NCBI GenBank assembly: GCA_963843845.1
Contig: CAWJMB010000002.1
Coordinates: 288,001 to 352,000, forward strand
Direction of reading: 5' to 3'
DNA from: an uncultured Gemmatimonadaceae bacterium
GTDB lineage: Bacteria; Gemmatimonadota; Gemmatimonadetes; Gemmatimonadales; Gemmatimonadaceae
DNA: 64,000 nt
Program-made: the position numbers and the translations under genes
Notes under the pieces: model-generated
Database searches by the model: none
Seen by the model: the letters and a program-made list of their open reading frames with translations, nothing else
Told to the model about the DNA's origin: nothing
Shown: positions 31,663 through 40,575 of the stretch, piece by piece
Numbering within the stretch: the first letter of the stretch is position 1
Layout of the letters: each line of letters begins with the position of its first letter

Positions 31663-33089
31663 GCGGCCCGAAGAGTCTGTTCGGCAGCGGCCGCGCCTTC
31701 GGCATGGACCCGCGCGGCGACGCGGAGGCGCTGACGAGGAAGGTGCTGGGCTTCGCGACCGCGGACGAGACGCGCGTGAACGTTCGGCACTCGTGGACCG
31801 GCCAGACGCGCTTCGCGGCGGCGGAGATCACGACGTCCGGCAGCGGCGACGACCGCACGGTGACGGTCATCAGCACCGTCGGCCGGCGCCGCGCGTCGGC
31901 GTCGACGAACGTGCTCGACGACGCGTCGCTCCGGCGTACCGTCGACCTCGCGGAGCGGCTCGCCCGGCTGTCGCCGGAAGACCCGGAGCTGATGCCCGAG
32001 CTCGGGCCGCAGCAGTACGCGCCGGTGCAGTCGTACGACCCGCGCACCGCGGCGCTGACGGCCGACGCGCGTGCCGACGCCGTCGCGAAGGTCGTGAGCG
32101 CGGCGCGGAAGGCGGGCCCCGATCTGTTCGTCGCCGGCTACCTCGAGGCGAACGCGACGCACATGAACGCCGTCGCGACGTCGAAAGGATTGTTCGCGTT
32201 CCATCAGGGCACCGACGTCAATCTGTCGAACACGGTGCGCACGACCGACGGCACCGGCTCCGGCTGGGCGTCGGCCGGCGCGCGGCAGTGGAGCGACCTC
32301 GACCCGGTCGCGTTAGGCACCCGTGCCGCGCAGAAGGCCGTCGCGTCGCAGAAGCCGAGCGCGCTCGAGCCGGGGCGCTACACGGTGATCCTCGAGCCGC
32401 AGGCGGTCGGCGATCTCATCCCGCTGCTGTTGGGCGCCTTCAATGCCCGCACGGCGGAGGAAGGGCGGAGCCCGTTCTCGAAGCGCGGCGAGCAGTCGGC
32501 CGCGGGTATCACGGCCACGCGCCTCGGCGAGCAGATCGCGGACGCGCGCGTGTCGCTCGTCTCCGACCCGACCGACGCGGAGCTGGCAGGGCAGCCGTTC
32601 GACGGAGAGGGGCTTCCGTCGAAGCGCAAAGTCTGGATCGAGAACGGCAAGCTCGCGACGCTGGCGTACTCGCGCTATTGGGCGCAGAAGCGCGGCATGC
32701 CGGAGAGCGTGGCCGGCGGCGGCGGGGGCGGCTTCGGCGGGGGGGGCGGCGGCGGCGGCGGCAACCTCAAGATGAGCGGCGGCACGAAGTCGCTCGACGA
32801 GCTGATCGCCGGCACCGACCGCGGCATCCTCGTGACGCACAACTGGTACATCCGCCCGCTCGACGCGCGCACCGCGAGCTACACCGGCATCACGCGCGAC
32901 GGCACCTTCCTCGTCGAGAAGGGGAAGATCGTGCGGAGCATCAAGAACTTCCGCTGGAACGAGAGTCCGCTGCTGATGCTCAATCGCATCATGGAGATCG
33001 GCCGCGCCGAGCGGATCTCGGCGGGGCAGATCATGCCGTCGCTCAAGGTCGCGGACTTCAACTTCGCGTCGATCTCGGAGGCGGTGTGA
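31659..33089 (+). CDS. tldE: TldE/PmbA-family protein
   Basis: TRFAAAEIT, LEPGRYTVILEP, FDGEG, TGITRDGTFLVEKG, NFRWNESP; no HExxxH; poly-Gly loop; GTGA coupling to tldD. Confidence 0.85.
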   Translation: MSGPKSLFGSGRAFGMDPRGDAEALTRKVLGFATADETRVNVRHSWTGQTRFAAAEITTSGSGDDRTVTVISTVGRRRASASTNVLDDASLRRTVDLAERLARLSPEDPELMPELGPQQYAPVQSYDPRTAALTADARADAVAKVVSAARKAGPDLFVAGYLEANATHMNAVATSKGLFAFHQGTDVNLSNTVRTTDGTGSGWASAGARQWSDLDPVALGTRAAQKAVASQKPSALEPGRYTVILEPQAVGDLIPLLLGAFNARTAEEGRSPFSKRGEQSAAGITATRLGEQIADARVSLVSDPTDAELAGQPFDGEGLPSKRKVWIENGKLATLAYSRYWAQKRGMPESVAGGGGGGFGGGGGGGGGNLKMSGGTKSLDELIAGTDRGILVTHNWYIRPLDARTASYTGITRDGTFLVEKGKIVRSIKNFRWNESPLLMLNRIMEIGRAERISAGQIMPSLKVADFNFASISEAV

Positions 33090-33233
33090 ACATTTACGCC
33101 GAGAGCCACTAGCGCCTTCACGCCTCGTCAGTCTCACGAACGAGCCTTTGTCGGACGCCACGCCGACAGTACGCTGCCGTCGCGCACGCGGTCGGTGGTG
33201 AGACGGGCCGTGCCCGTCTCACCATGAGACATC

Positions 33234-33602
33234 TCACGTCGGTGTCTGGGCGTGCGGCCGTCTTGCCAACGTACGACTTCTCGGAGGCTCTGCGGGACAC
33301 TCGCCGGACGCGACGCGATCGGCGCTCTCCGTCAGCGACCGGAAGCCGATGCCCCGCTCCTCCAGCGCGGTGATGCGCTCGATGAGCTGCTTGAGCGAGC
33401 GGCCGAGCCGGTCCAGGCGACACACGACCAGCGTGTCGCCCGAGCGGACGTAGTCGAACGCCGCCGAGAGCCCGTCGCGGTCCGCGGTGGCGCCGCCCGC
33501 GACGTCCATGAACGTGCGCTCGCAGCCGGCCTTCTGCAGCGCGTCTTGCTGGAGGTTGAGGGACTGCTCGTGCGTGGAGACGCGTGCGTACCCGATCGGC
33601 AT
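33234..33602 (-). pseudogene. Truncated serine recombinase (resolvase/invertase catalytic domain only)
   Basis: IGYARVST, GDTLVVCRLDRLGRS, GIGFRSLTES; homology stops near 33325, before the E-helix and HTH. Confidence 0.8.
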
Positions 33603-33791
33603 CGTCGTATCCTCCGGCGGTAGGCCACGACGGCGGGATCCCGGTGCCCACCGTAGGCGCCCGTGCGGCGCCGCCGCCCACTACCGTGCGGTCCGATCGT
33701 GGCCGGGCACAAGCGCAGACCAGAGGACCATGCGGCACGCCATGGGGTTCGTCGTCTGCCGAGCGTCGCTGTCGGCGCAGCGATGCCGCGT

Positions 33792-34220
33792 CTACTCCAG
33801 CTGCGCGTAGCGGTGCTCGGCCCAGTCGCCGAACCGCTGCAGCCGATCGAGCACGCGCGCCGCGTCGTTCGGCCGCACCAGGGTCGCCATGTACGACACC
33901 TCGTCCTTGCGCTGCAGCACGTAGCGCAACGCGTTGATGGCGGCACGGTCGGCGTCGGTCGCGATACGGACCACCGACTCCAGCAGGTCCACCGCGTCGA
34001 GGTGCTCGCCGCTGGCCGACTTCACCTCGCCGGCACGCACTGCCAGTGCATCGGCGTAGGCGATCGCCGCGTGCACGCAGAGGACCGCGAGTCCGTTCCC
34101 AGAGAACTCGCCCTGGAATGAGGCCATGGTCTCCGCGTCGGCACGGAAGCCGCGCGCCTTGTGCAGGTACGTACTCGCGTGCGCGCGGTCCACGCGCTTC
34201 GTCTTGAGCTTGCGCGTCAT
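33792..34220 (-). CDS. HEPN-domain protein (MNT partner)
   Basis: All-helical 142 aa; YLHKARGF...CVHAAIAYADAL...GEHLDAV...LQRKDEVSY; ATGA-coupled to the MNT gene. Confidence 0.7.
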   Translation of the reverse strand: MTRKLKTKRVDRAHASTYLHKARGFRADAETMASFQGEFSGNGLAVLCVHAAIAYADALAVRAGEVKSASGEHLDAVDLLESVVRIATDADRAAINALRYVLQRKDEVSYMATLVRPNDAARVLDRLQRFGDWAEHRYAQLE

Positions 34221-34927
34221 GCGCGCACCGACGCGGCTGCACCCGTGGACGTCTGCTGCGACCGGTCGGCTTCCGCCGGGAGGCTCGTGGCCGCGCGCCG
34301 CTCGGGCGGCGGGAGGCGGCGCACCCGGCGGAGCGGCCCCGAGGGCCGTCCGCTGAGGAGCAGGCCCTCAGTCGCGACCGCCGTGATCAGCGGGTCGTCG
34401 TCGCGCGCCGCGAGCTCCTCGAGCGTGAGCACCACGGGGTGGACGGCGAGCTGGAAGCGGATCTCCAGGGAACGGACGGCGTCCAAGAGGGCGGCCCGCA
34501 CCGGCTCCTCGTCGGCGGCCTCTGCGAGCACCACCAGCAGGTCCACGTCGCCGGGGGCGGCAGCACCCCGCGCCACGCTGCCGAAGAGCACCACCGCGGC
34601 CGGTGCGGGGTGCAGCGCGAGGGCACGCCGCTGGAGCGCCCGCCGGAGCCGCTCGCCGAGCTGCGCTTCCGCCCGGAACACCGGGAGTACCACGCGACGA
34701 ACCACCTCACGCCGCGTGTCGAGGGTGTAGGCGGCCGAACGCCCCACGTCGGTGCGGCTGACGACGCCCCGCGCCACGAGCCGCTCGAGCGCCTTGCGCA
34801 CGGCGGACTGCTGCAGCCCGAGGCGGCGGGCGGCGCCGTTCCCGCTCATGGGGCCCGCGACCTGGCTGAGCAGCCGCAGGACGGTGACGTTCAGGCGATC
34901 GCCGAAGACGTCTTCGAGGGGCAGCAT
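34217..34927 (-). CDS. Winged-HTH plus minimal nucleotidyltransferase (MNT) protein
   Basis: N-terminal wHTH (SGNGAARRLGLQQSAVRKALERLVARGVV); VLFGSVARG...GDVDLLVV. Confidence 0.85.
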   Translation of the reverse strand: MLPLEDVFGDRLNVTVLRLLSQVAGPMSGNGAARRLGLQQSAVRKALERLVARGVVSRTDVGRSAAYTLDTRREVVRRVVLPVFRAEAQLGERLRRALQRRALALHPAPAAVVLFGSVARGAAAPGDVDLLVVLAEAADEEPVRAALLDAVRSLEIRFQLAVHPVVLTLEELAARDDDPLITAVATEGLLLSGRPSGPLRRVRRLPPPERRAATSLPAEADRSQQTSTGAAASVRA

Positions 34928-34974
34928 GGGCGGGCGGTGATCAAGCGTAGGCGAGGGAACCCACCGCAAGGTAT

Positions 34975-35010
34975 AGCCCGAAAGAGCTAGCTCAAGCACC
35001 AAAGTGCTAG
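34975..35010. promoter_or_regulatory. Tandem palindromic operators upstream of HTH-MNT
   Basis: AGCCC-GAAA-GAGCTAG (34975) and AGCAC-CAAA-GTGCTAG (34995), 20 bp apart, overlapping TTGAGC-N16-TACCTT on the minus strand. Confidence 0.55.
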
Positions 35011-35613
35011 GTCAGCCCTGAACCAGCTCTCGACGCTCGGCTTTCGATGTGCTCGGCCGACGGGTGGACACGCCCGACGCTGAGCCGACGGTGAGCTGGG
35101 GCGACCCACCTCTGCCACAGCGGCCAGCCCGTCTCACTCGCAGCGTTTCTGAAAGGCTCGCCAGCATGGGATGGGCCGGCCATGCGCCGCACTCCTGGTC
35201 CCATGCCCGCAGACAGTCGACGGGCGCGCAGAGCGCTGGCAAAGCGTGCCGTCGCTGCGGGGACTACAGGTAGAAGCCCGGAAATGGCGGAGCGTAAGCC
35301 CCTCAGTACGACGGCGCGCTGCCGCCCCTCTGGCCGGCGCCAGGGCCGCCACGCGTATTCGCGAGCGAGTGCGTCGGCCAGTACCCGACTCGGGTTACGT
35401 GAGGCGACCTTCTTGTCGTGGACGATGCCTGTTCACGCGTTGGGCGCCACCGAGCTCGGCCCCCTCGCGAGCGCATCGAGGAACAGCGGCATGAGCCCGT
35501 CCGCCGCGCTTTCCTGCGCTAATGTGCACGGGGTCGCGTGCCGTGCATTCCGGCGTTCGCGCCCATCGTTGTCGCCGCCGTCCGGCTGCGACCCAGCCTG
35601 CCAGACCTCGCCC

Positions 35614-36090
35614 GTGTCCGCACGTCACGCGCTCTGTCTGCTGACCCTCGCCGCGCTGCCCGGCACCCGGGCGCCCGCGCGCGGTGCGCCGTCCGCTGCG
35701 CAGGCCGCGGAGGACGTCATCTGTGCCCAGGAACACGTGTTCGGCTCGTCGTCGTCGTTGCTGGGCCTCGTCGACAACGTGCGCGTGCAGGTGGGCGCCG
35801 GCCGGCCCTACATCCACGTGCGGGACTCCTTCCAGGACATCGACCCACACCAGCTCGTCTATCCGATCCGTGGCAGCTTCCGGTCCGACGCGTGTTCCGA
35901 GCTCGTCGGACCGAATGGGTCGCCGGAACGCCGAGGCAGGAACTGCTCGGTCCGGGAGAACCCGAACGCGTCGGGCGTGTGCTTCACGACCACGTTCGGC
36001 GACTGGCGCTGTGACGTGCAGAACAATGCGGTGCCGCTGAACACCGACACCCGGAGTCCCGCGAACAACGCGGCGCCGCCCGTCCCCTGA
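35614..36090 (+). CDS. Hypothetical secreted Cys-containing protein
   Basis: GTG start, signal-like ALCLLTLAALP, five further Cys; codon usage looks coding only from here on. Confidence 0.45.
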   Translation: MSARHALCLLTLAALPGTRAPARGAPSAAQAAEDVICAQEHVFGSSSSLLGLVDNVRVQVGAGRPYIHVRDSFQDIDPHQLVYPIRGSFRSDACSELVGPNGSPERRGRNCSVRENPNASGVCFTTTFGDWRCDVQNNAVPLNTDTRSPANNAAPPVP

Positions 36091-36462
36091 CATCCCACCG
36101 TGCTCTCGCCGCCCACGCGAGCCCAGCGCGCGGGCGCTGCAGCAGCCGCGTGCTGAGTTCCCAACACGTGTCGAGGACGTGCAGACGTTCGCGTCGCTCG
36201 ACGCCAGGCGCATTCGTGCTCGATCGCCGGGCGCTCCATGACGACACCGTACGGTCCGGAGCCTACCCGGGTCGATTCCGCGACATGTTCCGTACACCGC
36301 TGCCCGATGTGAGGGACGCACCGAGGGTCGATCGCAGAACGCCGTCTCGCAGTCAGCGTCTCAACCAACTCCCGTCCGGTGAGTTTCGAAACATCAGCCG
36401 ATTGACGGACTGGACTATGACGGTTCCAGGGCTCGGCACGTGCGATGTTTCGTTCCGAAGAA

Positions 36463-37020
36463 CTATTCAGCTAGCTCCCGCACCACGCGGCACGGATTGC
36501 CGGCCGCGAACACCCCCGCCGGCACGTCGCGCGTGACGACGCTGCCGGCGCCGATCACGGCGCGGTCGCCGATGCGCACGCCGGGGAGGATGAGCGCCCC
36601 GCCGCCGATCCAGACGTCGGCGCCGATGTCGACCGGCTTGCCGAACTCCTGGCGGCGCCGCAGCTCGGCGCCGAACGGGTGCATCGGGGTGTAGATCTGC
36701 ACCGCGGGGCCGATCAGCGAGTCGTCGCCGATGCGCACGCGGCAGACGTCGAGCACGACGCAGTTGTAGTTGAAGAACACCCGCTCGCCGAGCTCGATGT
36801 TGGTGCCGTAGTCGCAGTAGAACGGCGGCTGCATGCGCACGGTGTCGCCGCCGGTGCCGAACAGCTCGCGGAGCACCGCGCGGCGCACCTTCTCCTCGGT
36901 CTCGCGCGTCGCGTTCAGCGCCTGGCAGAGATCGCGCGCCCGCGCCCGCGCCGCGACGAGGTCGGGGTCGGTCGGATCGTACAGCGATCCGGCGAGCATC
37001 TTCTCACGCTCTGTCGGCAT
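36463..37020 (-). CDS. maa: Sugar (maltose) O-acetyltransferase, hexapeptide-repeat family
   Basis: TEREKMLAG.LY, PPFYCDYGTNI, VFFNYNCVVLD, VWIGGGA.ILPGV.IG, AGNPCRV. Confidence 0.9.
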   Translation of the reverse strand: MPTEREKMLAGSLYDPTDPDLVAARARARDLCQALNATRETEEKVRRAVLRELFGTGGDTVRMQPPFYCDYGTNIELGERVFFNYNCVVLDVCRVRIGDDSLIGPAVQIYTPMHPFGAELRRRQEFGKPVDIGADVWIGGGALILPGVRIGDRAVIGAGSVVTRDVPAGVFAAGNPCRVVRELAE

Positions 37021-37097
37021 CGGCTCTCTGCTCGGCTCCTGCGTGGCGGGTCGGACTCGACAGGAAGAGAATAGCCGGCCGCGCTATACTTCTGTGT

Positions 37098-37544
37098 ATG
37101 CGTCGCTCGCTCTGGTCTCGCATCCTGACCGCCGTCGTCGGCCTCTGGCTCGTGCTCGAGCTGGGCGACCCGGGGATGCTGCACCTCGCCGCGATGAGCG
37201 TCGGGGCGCCGATGACGCACGGCATGGCGGGGATGACGCACGACATGGCCGGGATGTCGCACGACATGGCCGGGATGTCGCACGACATGGGGCCGTCGGC
37301 GAAGGGGAACCACGGCGACCACGACGCGCCGAACGGCGGCGCCCCCGAGCAGACCACCTGTCCGTGCGTCGCCGGCGGGTGCGTCACCGCCACCGCCATC
37401 GCCCTCGTCGACGCCGCACCGCGGATCACGTTCGCCGACGCGCTCGCGATGACGCCGGCGGCGGAGCGGGTGACCGTCTCGCTGCTGCCGCGCCCGGGAC
37501 CGCGCTACAGCCGCCCGTACACGACCGGACCGCCGCGCGCCTAG
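37098..37544 (+). CDS. DUF2946/CruR-like Met/His-rich leader protein
   Basis: N-terminal hydrophobic helix, repeated MAGM(T/S)HD, TCPCVAGGC, C-terminal PYTTGPP; directly upstream of a TonB receptor; TATACT lies 7 nt before the ATG. Confidence 0.65.
   Translation: MRRSLWSRILTAVVGLWLVLELGDPGMLHLAAMSVGAPMTHGMAGMTHDMAGMSHDMAGMSHDMGPSAKGNHGDHDAPNGGAPEQTTCPCVAGGCVTATAIALVDAAPRITFADALAMTPAAERVTVSLLPRPGPRYSRPYTTGPPRA
37211..37290 (+). repeat. 21-bp tandem repeat encoding M(T/S)HDMAG
   Basis: About four units of GATG(A/T)CGCACGACATGGCCGG. Confidence 0.85.
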
Positions 37545-37671
37545 CGCGGCGCGTTCGCTTCGGCAGGATCGGAGCGGATCGCGCCTTCGAGCCGCGATCC
37601 CTCACGACGGTACCCCCTCGCACGGGTGGGCCGTCGTCGCATGCCACCCGATCCGTCAGGCCAGAGTCGTC

Positions 37672-40008
37672 ATGTCCGCTCTTCTCTCGACGGCGCGCCG
37701 CGCCGCCGTGCTGTCGTCCACGCTCGCCGCGACCGCGAGCGCTACCGCGACCGCTCAGTCCGCGCAGCCGCCGCGCGATACCGTTGCAACCGACAGCGCG
37801 CGCACGATCATGGGCGTGCGCGTCACCGCCGACCGCCCCGACGCGCCCCGCCCGGCGATGCAGGCGCTCACCCTCCCCGCGATCGTCACCGTCACGCGTC
37901 AGCAGGTGGAGCGGACGGTCAACGTCGTCGACGTGCAGGACGCGGTGAAGTACCTGCCGAGCGTGTTCGTCCGGAAGCGCAACAACGGCGACACGCAGGC
38001 CGTGCTGGGAACGCGCGTGTGGGGGGTCAGCTCCAGCGCGCGCACGCTCGTCTTCGCCGACGGCATGCCGCTCTCGGCGCTCGTCGCGAACAACAACACG
38101 ATCGGCGGGCCGCGCTGGGGACTCGTCTCGCCGGTCGAGATCGCGCGCGTCGACATGATGTACGGCCCGTTCTCCGCCGCCTATGCCGGGAACTCCATGG
38201 GCGCCGTCATGGAGATCACCACGCAGCTGCCGCAGGGAAGGCGTCTGGAGCTCGATCAGACGCAGGCGGTGCAGCGCTTCTCGCTCTACGGCACGACCGA
38301 CAGCTACGCCACGACGCAGACGAACGGCGCCGTCGGCGACCGGTTCGGCAGGTTCGCGTTCTGGCTCAGCGGCAGCTACGCCGACAGTCACAGTCAGCCG
38401 CTCAGCTACGTCACGAGCGCGTCGTTTCCCGCCAACACCACGGGCGGCTTCGCCGACCGGAACAAGCTCGGCGCCGCGGCGAACGTGCTCGGCGCGACCG
38501 GCCTGCTGCACACCGGCATGACGAACGGCAAGGTGAAGCTCGCGTACGACCTCACGCCGAGTCTGCGCCTCGCCTACACGGGGGGGATCTGGCGCAACGA
38601 GGCCGACGCGGGCGTCGACTCGTATCTGCACCGCACGACCGGCGGCACCGCGACGTTCGCCGGACTGGCGGGGTTCGCGAGCGGCTACTACCGCCTCGTG
38701 CAGCGCCACTCGTCGCACAGCGTGTCGCTGCGCACGAACGGCGACGTGACCGCGCGGCGCGACTGGGACGGCGAGGTGATCGCGACGCGATACCGCTTCG
38801 ACAAGGACCAGCAGCGCACCCCGTCGACGGCAGCTGCAACGGCGGACACGTTCGGCGTCGCCGGCCGCCTCGCGGTGCTCGACGGCACGGGGTGGGAGAC
38901 GGTCGATCTCAAGGGCGCGTGGCACCGCGGCGGCGTCGGCGCGCGGCACACCGTCACCGCGGGGGCGCACGTCGACCGCTACACGCTCGTGAACCCGACG
39001 TACACGACGTCGAACTGGCGCGACCCCGACGCGCGCACCGGCGTCGCGACGCAGGGCGACGGCCGCACGCGGACCGCCGCGCTCTGGGCGCAGGATTCGT
39101 GGCGCGTCGTGCCGGCCGTGACGCTCACGGTCGGCGGGCGCTGGGAGGACTGGCGCGGCTACGACGGCTACAACGTGAACGGGGCGACACGCGTCACGCA
39201 GCCGGTCGTCTCGGCGACGACGTTCTCGCCGAAGGCGATCGTCGCGTGGGACGCCGCGCCGCAGCTCACCGTGACGGGCTCGGTCGGGAAGGCCTACCGC
39301 TTCGCGACGGCGGCGGAGCTGTATCAGCTCGTGTCGACCGGGGTGACCTTCACCGCCCCCGACCCGAACCTGAAGCCCGACGACGTGCTCGCCGGCGAGC
39401 TGCGCGTCGAGCGGCGCTTTCCGTCAGGCACCGTGCAGCTCGCCGGCTTCACGCAGGACGTCCACGACGCGATCGTCGCGCAGTTCCTGCCGCTCGTGCC
39501 CGGCTCGAACACACTCTACTCGGCCGTCTCGAACGTCGACCACGTGCGGGCGACCGGGGCCGAGCTGGTGTTCGGGACGCGCGACCTCGGCCTGCGCGGG
39601 CTGGAGGTGCAGGGGAGCGCGACGTACCTGAGCGCGAAGATCCTCGCGCTGAGCGGCCGCGCGAGCGCGACGGCGCCGGCGGGGAGCGCGGTCGGCAAGT
39701 TCCTGCCGAACATCCCGCGGTGGCGCGGCACGGTGACGGCGACGTACCGCCCGGTCGATCGGCTCGCGCTGTCGACGGGGGGGCGCTACAGCGGCCGGCT
39801 CTACACGACGCTCGACAACAGCGACGTGCGCTTCAACACGTGGCAGGGGTTCGACGGCTGGTTCGTGATGGACGCGAAGGCGAGCTACCGGCTCGACCGC
39901 CACCTCGCGCTGTCGCTCGGCGCCGACAACGTCCTGAATCGGAAGTACTTCCTGTTCCACCCGTTCCCGCAGCGCACGTTCGTCGGGAACCTCAAGTACA
40001 CGCTGTGA
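37672..40008 (+). CDS. TonB-dependent receptor (probable metal uptake)
   Basis: Signal peptide; plug NVVDVQDAVKYLPSVFVRKRNNGD, YGPFSAAY.GNSMG; DPNLKP; C-terminal YFLFHPFPQRTF...KYTL. Confidence 0.9.
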   Translation: MSALLSTARRAAVLSSTLAATASATATAQSAQPPRDTVATDSARTIMGVRVTADRPDAPRPAMQALTLPAIVTVTRQQVERTVNVVDVQDAVKYLPSVFVRKRNNGDTQAVLGTRVWGVSSSARTLVFADGMPLSALVANNNTIGGPRWGLVSPVEIARVDMMYGPFSAAYAGNSMGAVMEITTQLPQGRRLELDQTQAVQRFSLYGTTDSYATTQTNGAVGDRFGRFAFWLSGSYADSHSQPLSYVTSASFPANTTGGFADRNKLGAAANVLGATGLLHTGMTNGKVKLAYDLTPSLRLAYTGGIWRNEADAGVDSYLHRTTGGTATFAGLAGFASGYYRLVQRHSSHSVSLRTNGDVTARRDWDGEVIATRYRFDKDQQRTPSTAAATADTFGVAGRLAVLDGTGWETVDLKGAWHRGGVGARHTVTAGAHVDRYTLVNPTYTTSNWRDPDARTGVATQGDGRTRTAALWAQDSWRVVPAVTLTVGGRWEDWRGYDGYNVNGATRVTQPVVSATTFSPKAIVAWDAAPQLTVTGSVGKAYRFATAAELYQLVSTGVTFTAPDPNLKPDDVLAGELRVERRFPSGTVQLAGFTQDVHDAIVAQFLPLVPGSNTLYSAVSNVDHVRATGAELVFGTRDLGLRGLEVQGSATYLSAKILALSGRASATAPAGSAVGKFLPNIPRWRGTVTATYRPVDRLALSTGGRYSGRLYTTLDNSDVRFNTWQGFDGWFVMDAKASYRLDRHLALSLGADNVLNRKYFLFHPFPQRTFVGNLKYTL

Positions 40009-40553
40009 TGCGACCTGCCGCTCCGCTCGCTCCGTTCGCTCCGCTCGCTCGGCTCGTCGCGCTCGCCGGCTGCGCCGCGCTGACCACCCTCGCGGCGTGC
40101 GAGGGCGGGCGCCCTCCGGCGGTCGACGGCACGCCGGCGCCCGCGTACGCCGCGCGGACGCTCGACGACGCGCCCGTGACGCTCGCCGCACAGCGCGGCG
40201 CCGTCGTCGTGCTGAACCGGTGGGCGACGTGGTGCGGGCCCTGTCGCGAGGAGATCCCGCAGCTCGAGGCGCTGCACCGCCGCGTCGCCGGACAGGGGGT
40301 GCGCGTGATCGGTGTGAGCATCGACGCGGCGGGCTCGGGACTCGACGTGCGCGACTTCATGCAGGAGCACGGGGTGACGTACACCGTGTGGCTCGACCCG
40401 AGCGACCAGTTCGCGCCGACGTTCGGCTCGGTCGGCGTGCCGGAGACGTTCGTCATCGATCGCGCGGGGATCGTTCGCTGGCGGCACGTCGGCGGTATCA
40501 CCGCGGGCGACACGACGCTCGCGGCGGCCGTGCGGCGCGCGCTCGACTCCTGA
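40008..40553 (+). CDS. TlpA-family thiol-disulfide oxidoreductase, lipoprotein
   Basis: Lipobox LAAC; WATWCGPCREEIP; GVPETFVIDR. Confidence 0.9.
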   Translation: MRPAAPLAPFAPLARLVALAGCAALTTLAACEGGRPPAVDGTPAPAYAARTLDDAPVTLAAQRGAVVVLNRWATWCGPCREEIPQLEALHRRVAGQGVRVIGVSIDAAGSGLDVRDFMQEHGVTYTVWLDPSDQFAPTFGSVGVPETFVIDRAGIVRWRHVGGITAGDTTLAAAVRRALDS

Positions 40554-40575
40554 CCCTCTCACCGGACTTCCATCG

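Noticed and set aside
35010..35613. Possible tRNA or ncRNA in the island's non-coding stretch
   Set aside because: I could not find a cloverleaf, T-loop motif or recognisable RNA family by eye.
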